Assembly: GCA_965242695.1 (NCBI GenBank)
Contig: CBDESU010000001.1
Coordinates: forward strand, 928,001-992,000
From: Cenarchaeum sp.
GTDB lineage: Archaea; Thermoproteota; Nitrososphaeria; Nitrososphaerales; Nitrosopumilaceae
DNA: 64,000 bases
Direction: 5' to 3'
The translations under genes were made by a program, and so were the position numbers. Below, piece by piece: positions 45,188 to 57,100 of this stretch. Position 1 is the stretch's first letter. Each line of letters opens with the position of its first letter. The notes under the pieces are model-generated. The model made no database searches. It worked only from the letters and a program-made list of their open reading frames with translations, and was not told the origin of the DNA.

Positions 45188-48100
45188 ATGGCAGGAGGGA
45201 ACATCGGCAGCGGCGGCGGGCGCGGGGCGCGCCGGCCGCTCCTTGGCATGGCCCTCCCGCTGGCGGCCCTGCTCGCAGCGGCCGTTGCGGCGGGCGCCGC
45301 GGGATCGTGGCAGGCGCACGATGCCGGCACCGTGGCGGGCGAGGCCCGGCCGGCGGATGCGGCAGGGCAGTGGGCGCATCCGCTGCTGCCGCAGGCGCAT
45401 GCGACCGTACATGTGAGCAACATGAAGGTGATCGGATCCCACCAGTTTCAGATACACTGGGATCTTCACATGGTGGACATGCGCAGCAAGCTCGGCCAGC
45501 CGGCCTTTACCCCGGGCGGCACTCGGAATATAGTCGGCATGACGGGGCACCTGACGTCGAACCACGTGTACACGGTGGACGGCGCCGCCCTGTCGCCGTC
45601 TGCGACAGGCTATGTGGTCATGCGGCACGGCGACTACTACTCGCCGCCCGGCCACGGCCACGGCCACCGCTCGTGGTACGACTGGAGGCTCAACCTGGCC
45701 GACGGGCAGGCGCCGACCCTGGACCGCTCGTCGACTCCGACCCTGGACCTGTCGCGCGGCACCATCACGTTCAGGGCCGACGAGCGGCTCCACGCAAGCA
45801 ACCCCTCCCCGCAAAACATCCGGATCATCGGCGCGGGCCACACGCTGTCGAGCAGCAGCGCGGTGAGCATCACTCCGGTCGGCGGCGGCGCGTACGGGAG
45901 CTCGGACGTGGTAGTCACCCTCACCGGACACGACCACGAGGTGCTCGACCGGAACATGGGCAGCAGGACGTCGACTACCATGAAGATCGGCGGCATGGGC
46001 CTGTACGACTCCGCCGGCAACTCGTTCAACACGGGCAGGTGGTGGCAGACGATGAACGTCGTGCGCGACACGGCGCCGCCCGTCCTCGCGCGAAACCCGC
46101 AGCTCGACTTCAACACGGGCGTGCTCACCATAACGTTCGACGAGCCCGTCACGTACGTGTACCTGCCATACCTGTTCCTCGAGGACAGCCGCGGCGGCAG
46201 CCGCCAGCACGTATCCGGCGCATCGTACCCGAGCGGCCTGGACTCGACCGTCGTGCCGATCACCCTGTCTGCGTCGCAGCTCGAGAGGCTCGCATCCCTC
46301 CACCTGGCGTCCGGCGGCCTGCGCCTCGACATGCACCGCGGGATCGTGCGCGATGTGGTCGGCAACGTCTTTGCGGGCGTCTTTGACAGGACGATCGACG
46401 TCACTGCCGACACCACGAGGCCGGCGCTCGAGCCCGGCCGGAGTCCCGTGGTCGACCTGTCGCGCCACACCGTCTCACTCGTATTCGACGAGCGCATGGA
46501 CGTGTCCGAGTCCAATCCGGCAGGGGTGCGGCTGCTCAACTCGTCCGGACACCCCGTCCCGCTGGCAGGCGAGTCTGCCCGCGGCTACGACGGCGCCACG
46601 GTGACGCTCAGCCTCTCAAAGATCAACAAGGCGCGCATCGCAGAGATGGGAACGCCGCTGCGCATCGCGTTTGGCGCGGACGCCTTCAAGGACGTGTGGG
46701 GGAACGCCGCCTCGGCGTCCTCGGGCGTTGCGGCCTCGGTGGTGGCCGACACGAGCCGCCCCGGCGTCCAGGGCCGCCCGCAGCTCGACATGAACGACGG
46801 CATACTGACCGTGCCGTACTCTGAGGCGGTCTACACGGGCAGGATGTCTCCGAGCGGGTACACGCTGCTCGTGTCCGACCCATCCTCGCCGGCGCAGAGG
46901 ACGCGGGTGGGGCTGGGCGGTGCACACGTCGCCACGGAGGGGCCCTACGCCGCCGAGGTCGACATGCGGCTGACCGAGGCGCAGAGGGCCGCAGTGGCCT
47001 CGGCCGGCGGCCCGTCGCCCGCCGTCAGCCTCACGATCGGCGGCTGGGCGTACCTGGACTATCCGGCCGGCAACCGCGGCTGGTACGTCTCGCACTCGGG
47101 CATCGGCGTGGGAGTCGTCGACGACACGACCCCGCCGCGCAACGCCACCGCGCCGGTGCTGGACCTGGACGCGGGGACGGTGGCGATCGAGTTTGACGAG
47201 TACATCGACGCGTCCGCGTTCGACCCGGCCGGCATGGCGATCGTCCCGAGCGACGGCCCGCCGATACCGATGGGCAACTCTACGCTCTCTTCGGCGGCCG
47301 ACGGCGCGCTGGCCACGCTGAACATGACGGGCGCCGGCGCGGCCGAGGCAGGCGCGGCCGACAGGAGGGGGGCCGACCTGCGCCTGACCGTTCCCGGCAC
47401 CGCATTCTCTGACATGTCGGGGAACGCGTACGCAGGGCTGGACAACGCGACGATCATAGAGGCCGGCGGCGCCGGCCTTCCGGGCCTCGCCGGCGGCGAG
47501 CCCCTCGTCCTGGAGCTGTCCAACGGCACCCTTGAAATCCGCTTCGACGAGGGCGTGATCGTCCCGTCCGACCTTTCCGGAATCGCCGTCTCGGGGCAGG
47601 GCGGCCCCGTACTGGCGGGCCTGGCCGGCGCCGCGGCCGCCGAGGGCGCCGGGAACGTGTCCGACACGATAACGATAGATCTTACGCCGCTGCAAAAGGC
47701 CCTGCTGGCTGCCGAATACGCGGGCGGGGACGGGGGCGGCTGGCTGGCCATCGACATAGCCCGCGACGTCTTTGTGCCCGAGGTGGGCAGGGGCTTTCCA
47801 GGCCTGTCCAACGTCAATCTGACCGTCATACCGGACGGGCGGCCGCCGGATCTGGCCGGCACCCCGTCGATTAGCCCGGCCGCAAGGACGGTCACGCTGC
47901 CCTTTGACGAGTACATCGACCTGGCCAGGGTCGACGCCGGTGGGATTGTTGTGCACGACGGCAGGGGGGGCGCCGTCGCCGGCCTGGCCGGCGCCGCCGT
48001 ATCCTCGCCGGACGGGGCCGCGTACGGCGGCGAGCTGGTGGTCACGATGACGCCGGCGCAGGGCTTTGCCGTGATCGTCGCGGCGCTGCGCGGGGACGTG

Positions 48101-51100
48101 TACCTCAACGTGTCGGCGTCCGCCGTGTACGACGTGTCGGGCAACGCGTACGGGGGGCTGGACACGTCCGATTCGTCCGCCGCGCAGGGCGGCGGCGCAG
48201 GGGACGGGCGGCAGAGCGCGTCGGCCGAGGCCCCGCCCGCCCGGGCCGCCGCTACGGAAGGCGCGCCCGTCAAGCTTGCGCCCCTTCCGCCTCAGCCGCA
48301 TGCAGTGCCGCCGCTCGGCATAGACCTGGTTTTCGGGAGCCCGCCGCAGCTGAGGGCGGTGCCCGAGCCGGTAAGGCTCGACCTTGGCACGGGCGTGCTC
48401 GAGATCGAGTTCGACCAGCTGGTAAGCCTGGCGGCGACGAACCTGACCGGTGCGGAGATACGCGGAGCCGGAACGACCGTGGGCCTAGAGGGCGCGGGGG
48501 TGCCGGCCGACGGCATACTCGACAGCACTGTAGTAGTGAGGCTGACGCCGGCCCAGAAGGCGGGCGCGGTCGCGGCCGGCCCGGCCGCGCTGCTGCACCT
48601 GCCGGCAGGGTTCGCAGCGCTGCTCGGCCCGCCGTCCGAGGTCGTGGCGGGGGCGCGCATCGCAGTGGCCGCCGACGGCGCGCCGCCGTCGATCGATGCG
48701 GGGCGCACCGTCCTGGACCTGGGGGCAGGGCGCCTCGCAGTATCGTACGACGAGCACGTGGCCGGCCCGCCCGGCGGCCTCGATCCGGGGGCGTTTGCCG
48801 TCGCGCTCGGCGGCAACGGCAGCGGCGGGCGCATCCCGCTTGCCGGCGCTTTTGCGGCGGCCGCTGCCAACGACACCGTCGTCGTCTCGCTTGCGCCGCC
48901 CCAGAAGGCGCGCCTGGACAGGGCCGCGGCATTGGATGCCCAGGCCATGCGGCTCGACGCGGCAGCCGGCGCCGCGCTCGACCTGTCGGGCAACCCGTCG
49001 GGGCGCGTATCGGGCGCAAACCTCTCGGTGGCCTTGGACGCGGCGCCGCCCGCACTGGCCGGCGCGCCGATCCTCAACCTGGGCACCGGGTCCGTAACGC
49101 TGGCGTTCGACGAGTTCGTCGAGGCCGGAAGCCTCGCCCCGCAGGCCGTGACCGTAACCGACAGGGACGGGAACGGCGCCGAGTCGCCGATGCCGGCAGC
49201 TGGCGCCGGCGCCGGCGCCGGCGCCGGCGCCGGCGGCGACGGCACGCGGCTTGCGCTGGAGTTCTCCCCCGCCCAGGCCGCCGCGCTGCGGGCGGCAAAC
49301 GCATCTGCGGGGCCGCTGCGGATCGCAGTGGCGGCCGGCAGCGGGATCGCCGACCTGTCGGGCAACGCGTTCGCGGGGCTGCCCGGCGGCGGCGCCCTGA
49401 CGACCGTAGACGACTCTGTCCCGCCGGCGATCCTGCCAGGGACCTCGCCCGCCCTCGACATCGGAACAGGGGTGCTCTCGATCATGTTCACCGAGCACGT
49501 GCCGGCATCGGGCATCGACCTGTCCGGCGCGGCGATCGAGGATGCAAACGGCGCGGTACGCGTGCCGCTGTCCGGCGCGCGGATCGTCCCGCCGTCGGGC
49601 CCCGAGGTGCAGTACCGCACCGTCGAGGACGACACGCTGCGCATATTCCTCACGGCCGACCAGAAGGGGGCCGTCGCCAGGGCCCACATCGAGGCAGGCC
49701 CCGTCCGGCTCGACCTCCCCTCCGAGTCGATCTCGGATGCGGCCGGCCTGCGGTTCGCCGGCCTGTCCAACGCCCCGCTCGCGGTGGCCTCCGACTCGGC
49801 GGGCCCCCAGATCCGCGATCGCACCCTCCCGTCGCTCGACATGGCGCACGGCCTGCTGACCGTGCCGTTCGACGAGTATATCGACGCGGCCGGCGCAGAC
49901 ATGTCAGGGTTCGAGCTGTCTGGGCGACCGCCTGGCAGCCAGGGCGCCAACGCATCCGTCCCGCTCGCCGGCGCCGGCCTTGCATCCGAGCTGGACGGAG
50001 CAGAGCTGCGCGTAAGGGTCGAGCCCCGCCAGCTGGCGGCCCTGACCGGAGGCGGCCTGACGGGGATACCGCCCGAGGTGTACCTTTCGATCGCCCCGGG
50101 CGCCGTGCGCGACGTGTCGGGCAACGCCTTTGCCGGGCTCGACGGCGAGCTGATCGAGGCGCTGCCCGACGAGGCGCCGCCGGCCCTGCCGTCCCCGCCG
50201 ATAATCGACCTTGACGACGGCGTCGTGGTCGTCTCGTTCGACGAGTACGTCGCCGCCACGGCCCTCAACGCGTCCGGCGTGTCGCTCGTCGGGGACGGGT
50301 CGGCGGGGCCGGGGCCCGGCGCGCCTGCCGGCGCCGGCGGCCCTGCCATGGTGCGGCTGTCCGGCGCGGCCGTCTCGGCGTACGGCCCGTCGATCCCGCT
50401 GTCCGGCGGCGGGCTCGGCTCGCAGTCGGTCCTGATCGAAATGACCGCCGACCAAAAGGCAGAGGCCGTACTGGCGCGCGCCTTGGAGATCGACATCGAC
50501 GGGCCTGCCGCCGGCCTGACCGACCTGTCGGGCAACGCGTACGGCGGGATAGAGCGTGGCCTGGCATACGTCGTCCCCGACGAGACGGGGCCCGACGCGG
50601 ACGCGCCCGGCTCGGCGCGAACGCCGTCCCTGGACATGCGCACGGGGACGCTGACTCTGCCGTTTGACGAGCACGTCGATCCGTCCTCGATCGACCCGTC
50701 CAGGGTCGTCGTTGCAGTGGCCCCGGCGCCCGCCCCTGCCGGCGCATCCTCCCCGCCCGACCGGGCGCCTCCCCCCTCGACCGTCCGCGTGGGGCTGGCC
50801 GGCGCGGCCCCGTCGGTCTCGGCATCGTCGCCCCCGTCGGCCTACCTTGTGCTGACCGCGGACCAAAAGGCCGCAGTCCAGCGCGCGCTCGAGGCGCACG
50901 GCGGCCCGCAGGCTGCGATCGCCTCGGTGGATGCCGCCCGCGGGGCCGCCGCCGACCTGTCGGGCAACGCAATGCCGGCCGCCCGCGGCCTGGCCGCCTC
51001 GGTCATGGCAGACGCGGAGGGGCCCGCACTGGCATCGCCGGCGGGCGGCCACCCTCCCGCCGCGCTGGACCTTGTGCGCGGCACGATCGCGCTAGAGTTT

Positions 51101-54100
51101 GACGAGCACGCCGGCCCGCAGGATGCGCGCCCCGGCCGCCTCTTGCTCTCCGGCCCCGGAGGGATCCCAGTCAGCCTTGCCGGCGCCTCGTTCTCGTCGA
51201 TCTCATCGTCGGCCATACTCGAGATGCGCCTTACCGCGGCCCAGGCCGCCGCCGCGCGCAGCCTGCACAACGACACTGGCGGCCGCATAATGCTCGTCCA
51301 GTCGGGGCCTGGCGCATTCTCCGACCTTGCCGGCAACCCGTCGGGGCAGGGCCTGACGCCGCCGGCGGGCCTCCCCGTGTCCGTCGCGCCAGAGGGCGCA
51401 GCGGCGCCGATCCGCCTCGCCTCCGCCGCCGTAGACCTTGCCGGCGGGACGGTCGAACTCGTGTTCGACGGCAACGTGTCCGTCCCCGCACTGGACTTGT
51501 CCAGGATCGCCGTGCTCGGCAGCGACCGCACCGGAGGCTCGACCCCCCTGCACGGCGCGTCCGTGCAGCCGGATGCGGCAAGCGCCTCGCGGATCGCGAT
51601 CGCGCTCACCGGGGCCCAAAAGGCGTCGATCGCGGCGTCGTACGCGGCCACCGGCTCTGCGGGAGCTGCCGTCGATGCGGCCCCGTCCGCCGTCCGCGAC
51701 CGGTTCTACCGCGCGTTCGAGGGGGCCGCCGCATTCCCCGCCGTCCCTGACCCCGACCGCACGCCTCCCGTCCTGTCCGGCGCGACCGTAGACCTGTCGG
51801 CGGGGACAGTCCTAGTCGAGCTCGACGAGTTCGTCGACCCCGGGTCGGTCGACGCATCGGCCGTGTCCGTCGCGGCCCCAGCCCCGGCCAACGCATCGGC
51901 GCAGGCGGCGGCGCCCGTCCGGCTCGACGGCGCCCGCGTACTGACGCTCGGCGGCTCGCAGTCCGTCCTGCTCGCCATGACCGCCGGCCAGAAGGCGGCC
52001 GTATCGTCGCTGCTCGGCTCGTCCGGCGCCGGCGAGCTGCACGTGCGCACGGCGGCAGGCGCCCTTGCGGACGTGTCGGAGAACAGGCAGGATGCTCCCG
52101 ACACGGCAGAGGCCAGGGTCGTGCACGACGCATCCCCGCCGTCCCTTGATGCACTGCACTCGGCCCCCGTCCTGGACTTGGGCGCGGGCACCCTTGCGAT
52201 GTCGTTTGACGAGCACGTCGCGGCGGCATCCTCGCCGTCATCGCCGTCCGTCTCGCTCTCGGCCGCATCCCCGGGCGCGCACCCTGTCCGGCTGTCGGGC
52301 AGCCAGCAGCAGGGCGGCGGCGGAGGCGGCTCGTCGACGTCCGTCACGCTGCTCCTGACCCCTGCGCAAAAGGGCGCCCTCCTCTCGGGCGGCCCCGGCG
52401 CCGCCGAGTCGGCGCGCCTGTTCCTGGACGCCGGCGCGTTCGCCGACCTGGCAGGCAACCCGTCGTCGCCGTCCCGCCTGCCCCGCATCGAGGCCGTGGC
52501 CGACGCCGTCGCACCCGGGATCGATCCCGCGCACCCGCCGGTCCTCGACATGGGCAGCGGCGCGCTGGGCATCGCGTTCGACGAGTACGTCGATCCGGCC
52601 GCGCTCGACCTGTCCGGCCTGTCCGTATCCTCGGGCGCGCAGGGCGCCGTGCGGATCGCCCTGACGGACGCCCGGATAGAGCCGCTGGCTGGCGGCACGG
52701 ACGCGGTGACGCTGCTCCTCACGCGGGCCGAGAGGGGCGCGGTGGCGGCCGCCCTCGGCCCGCCGCCGCATGCGGACGGCGCCGTCCTGCACATCGCCGC
52801 CGGCGCGTTCGCCGACCTGTCGGGCAATCCGGCCGCCGCCGGCGCCATTGGCATCTCGGCGGTCGCCCCCGACCGCATCCCGCCCCACCTTGACAGGTCG
52901 GCCGATCCGCTGCTCAACCTGGCGCTCTCGCCGCCCGTCCTCGAGCTCGACTTTGACGAGCACATCGACGTGCGGGCGGCCAACCTCTCGCTCGCCGCGC
53001 TGCGCATCTCCGGCGCCGCCGGCGGCGGGCCCGGCGCGGTAATCGGACTGGCCGGCGCCGAGGCGTCGGGGGCGTCCTCATCCGCAGGCGACTACCGCAT
53101 CCGCATCGCGCTCACGGCAGGGCAGGCCGGGGACCTGGAGGCGGCACTTGGCGGCCCGGGATCCCCGGCGCGGCCGTACCTTGACGCGGCCGCCGGCGCG
53201 TTCGCCGACCTGGCCGGCAACCGGCTTGGCGCCCTCGGCAACCACACCGTGCTGGTGGCCCGCGACGCCGTCGCGCCGTCCCTGGCATCCTCGCCCGAGC
53301 TGGACCTTGACGGGCGCCTCCTAGTCCTCTCGTTCAGCGAGCCGGTCCGCCTGTCGGCGCCCGGCGACGCCTCGGAGGTGCGCATCTCGGGCGCGTCCGG
53401 ATCGCATCCGTTCTCGCTCGGCGGAGGCGGCGGCGCCGTCGTGGCGGCCCCTGCCGGCGCCTCGTACGGCACTTCGATCGAGGTGCGCCTTGGCGCATCG
53501 CAGTCCGAGCGCGCAAAGCTCGCGATGCTCGCCGACGGCGACCTCCTTGTGACCGTGCCGGCAGGCGCCGTCCACGACCGCGCGTACAACCACTTTGCGG
53601 GGCTCGACGGGGCGCACCTGTTCGTCGAGCCCGACACGCGGGGGCCGGCCGTGGCTGGCCTCGGAGCGGCGGCACCCCCGCTGCCGCCGGGACGCTCGGC
53701 TGCCGTCCTCGACCTTGCGCACGGCCTGATCACGGTCCAGCTCGACGAGCATGTAGACTCTGCGCGGATCGACCTGGCCGGCGCATCCGTCTCGCGGGCG
53801 TCGGCCACCGTCGGGCTCGCCGGCGCGGCGGCCGAGCCTGGCGGCGCGGCGGCCGCATCGCCGGCCGATGCCGCATCCTCGCCGTCTACGGCGCTGCGCG
53901 TGCTGCTCACGCATGCCCAAAAGTCCGAGCTGTCGTCGGCCGGCGGCCCCTCGGAGGAGGCGGCCACGCTCTCGATCCCGGCAGGGGCGCTCTACGACCT
54001 GGCCGGCAACCCGTCGCCGGCGGCGGCCGGAATCCCGCTCGCGGTCGTGCCCGACACGATCCCGCCGTCGGTCGACGCGCCGTCCATACTTCCCGTCCTG

Positions 54101-57100
54101 GACCTGGCCGACGGGACGATCGAGATCCACTTCGACGAGGGCGTCTCGCCGGCGGCCGGCGCCTTTGCCGGCATGCGGGGCGCCGGCGGCAGCGGCAGCG
54201 GCAGCGGGAGCGGCGGCCAGGCCGGCCCCGCATACGCCCCCGGCATCGACATCGCCGTGTTCGACGGCTCGGCCGGCGGCGACGGCCGCCACCGCATCCC
54301 CCTCGGCGGCCACGCAACCCTGGCAAACGGCACCGACGGAGACACGGTCGCCGCCAGGATCGCGCCCGACCAGAAGGCGGCCCTGGTCGAGGCCGTCAGG
54401 GCGTCTGCGCTCCTCGGGTTCGGCGCGCCCGCCACGCTCCTGCTCGGCGACGGCCTCGTGTCCGACCTGTCGGGCAACGGGCTTGCGGGGTACGGCGCGG
54501 CGGCCGGCCGCACCGGCGGCGTGGCAGCCGCGATCGTCCACGACGACCGGCCGCCGGCCCTTGACGCCTCGCGCCCGCCCGTGCTCGACATGGGCAGCGG
54601 CGTGCTGTCGGTCTGGTTCGACGAGTACGTAAGGGCCGGCCCGGCGGCCGATGCCCCCGCCGCCCCGCTTGCGCTCGTGGTGAGGCCGCAGGGGAATGCG
54701 TCCGATCCCGTTCGAATAGGGATCCCGCTCGACTCTCTGGCATCCCCGCCCGGATGGGCCGGCTCGGACGAGATCGCCGTGTCCCTCACGCCGGGGCAAA
54801 AGGCGGCCGTGGCCGCCGCGAGCGGCCGCGCGCAGGAGCCTTCGGCGCAGCCGGCGCCCGTCTCGATCGAGATCGCAGCCGGCGCCGTGTCGGACCTGTG
54901 GGGCAACGCGTTCGCAGGAGCCTCGCAGCCGGCGCAGGTGCAGGTGCAGGTGCAGGTGCGCGCCGACGCTTCGCCGCCCGTCCTCGGGCGCCCTCCAGTC
55001 CTGAACACGGCCGCCGGCACCGTCCTGATCGACCTGGACGAGTTCGCCGACGCCCGCGCCGCCGACGCCTCTGGCATTTCGCTGTCCGGGGGAGGCGCGC
55101 ATGCAAGGCTCGATGCGGCAAATACGAGCGTAGAGGCGGCGCAGGCAGGGGCCACGGGCCTGCCCGGAAACTACTCTGACCGGATCGTCGCAAGGCCGGC
55201 CCAGGGCGCCCTCGCGGCAGTCGCAATGCACGCATCGCAGCCGTTTTCGTACGCCACCATGAACATCTCGGCCGGGGCTCTGGCCGACCTGGCCGGCAAC
55301 CCCGCCGGGGCCATTGCGCGCGCGCCCGTAGAGGCGACCGACGACGACTCGCCGCCGGCCCTCTTGAACGCGACCGTCGACCTTGCCGACGGCGACGTGA
55401 TTCTCGAGTTTGGCGAGCCCGTCGACGCCGCCGGGGCCGTCCTCTCGGGGATGCGCCTTGTCGGGGCGCCCCGGGAAGGCGCGGATGCGCCTGCCGTGCC
55501 CCTTGCCGGCGCGTCCCTGCTCCTTCCGAACGGCGGGCAGCCCGACGGGCGCGTAGAGATGCGCCTGTCCGGCGCGCAAAAGGCCGCCGCCGCGGCCGCA
55601 TACTCGGCCTCGCCGCAGTCCCTGCGCCTGGAAGCGCCGGCCGGCGCAGTCGGCGACCCGTACGGCAACCCGTCGGCGGCGATCGACGAGGCCGCATCGG
55701 TCAGGCCCGACCGGACGCCGCCTGCCGTGCTGTCCGGCCGCCTCTCGCCCGTTCTCGACCTCGGCGCCGGCACGCTTGCGCTTCGGTTCAGCGAGCATGT
55801 CGACGCCGGCGCGATCGACCCGTCGGGCATCTCGGTGCGCGGAACCGGCGGAGCGGCCGCCCAGCTTGCCGGCGCCGCAGTCGCAGACCCGCCGGAATCG
55901 GGGTACGCCGGCGCGATCGTGCTGGAGCTGCCGGCGGCCCTCAAGGCGGCCGCCGCGCAGGCGGCCGGCCCGCGCACGCTTGCCGGCACGCTCGACATCG
56001 CGGCCGGCGCGTCCGTGCGCGATGCATCGTCAAACCCCCTCGGCGCGGCCCAGGGCGTGCGCATGCTCGTGCTCCCCGACAGGGCCCCGCCGCGCATCGA
56101 AGCGGCCGACACGGTGGTGGACCTGCGCGCCGGCGTCGTCACGATCGCCGTCGACGAGCACGTCCGGCTCTCGTCGGTCGACGTGTCTAGGATAGCGGTC
56201 GGCCCGCCGCCGCCGCCTGCGGCGGCGGAGGGAGGGGCGGGGGCGGGGGCCGATCCCGTCGGCCTCGGCTCTGCGCCCTCCTCGTCCCTGGCGCAGCCTG
56301 CCGCCGTCGACGCATCGCAGGGCGCATTCTCGGACCGCATCGCAATACGCATGGCCGCCGGCCAGGCCGCGGCCATTGCGGCCTCGCTTGCCGCCGCGCC
56401 GGCGGCCGGCGCGTCGGGCAGCGCCTACCTCTACGTCGAGCCCGGCGCGTTTGCCGACCTGTCCGGCAACGCGCACGCCGGCGTGCGCGGGCTGCCGGCC
56501 GGCGCGACCCCCCCGCCGGTCTCTGTCGTCTCGGCGGCGGTCACGGGGCCGGGCGCCGCCTCGGTCGAGTATACGTACGACCGCCTCTTGGCCGGCCCGC
56601 AGGACTATTCCCTGTCCGTCGGCGGCGCCGGGCGCACGGTGGCCTCTGTCAACGGGTCCGGATCGTCGGCCGTCCACGCGCTTGCGTTCGAGCCGGCGGA
56701 TGCGGCGGCCGATGCGACCGGCACTGTGAGCATCGCGCCCCTCTCTGGCGAGGGCTACGTGTTCGGCGGCGCCGGCCCGCTAGCAGTCTCCGACGGGCAG
56801 GGCCCCGCGGCCGTGCAGGCGGCCGCGCTCGGCCCGTCCTCGCTGTCGCTGCGGTTCGACGAGCCGGTCGCAGGCGTGGATGCGGCGGACCTGTCCGTCG
56901 AGGCCGGCGCCGGCGCGCCGGCGGCCGTCGAGGTGCTGTCCGTGGACGGGACGGGCCGCTCGCGCACGGTCCTGCTCGGCTCGCCTGCCCTGGCAGGCGG
57001 CGCGCCGGGAACCGTCACCGTGCTGGGCGGATCGTACGAGGACCTGGCAGGCAACCCGTCGCCGCCTGCGGCCGAGGCGCTGCCGATAGAGCCGGCCGCG

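Noticed and set aside
54935-54960. (caggtg)n microrepeat and similar gccggc/ggcagc runs in the giant genes
   Set aside because: These are short in-frame low-complexity linkers (QVQVQV, AGAGAG) with no frame-switching potential.
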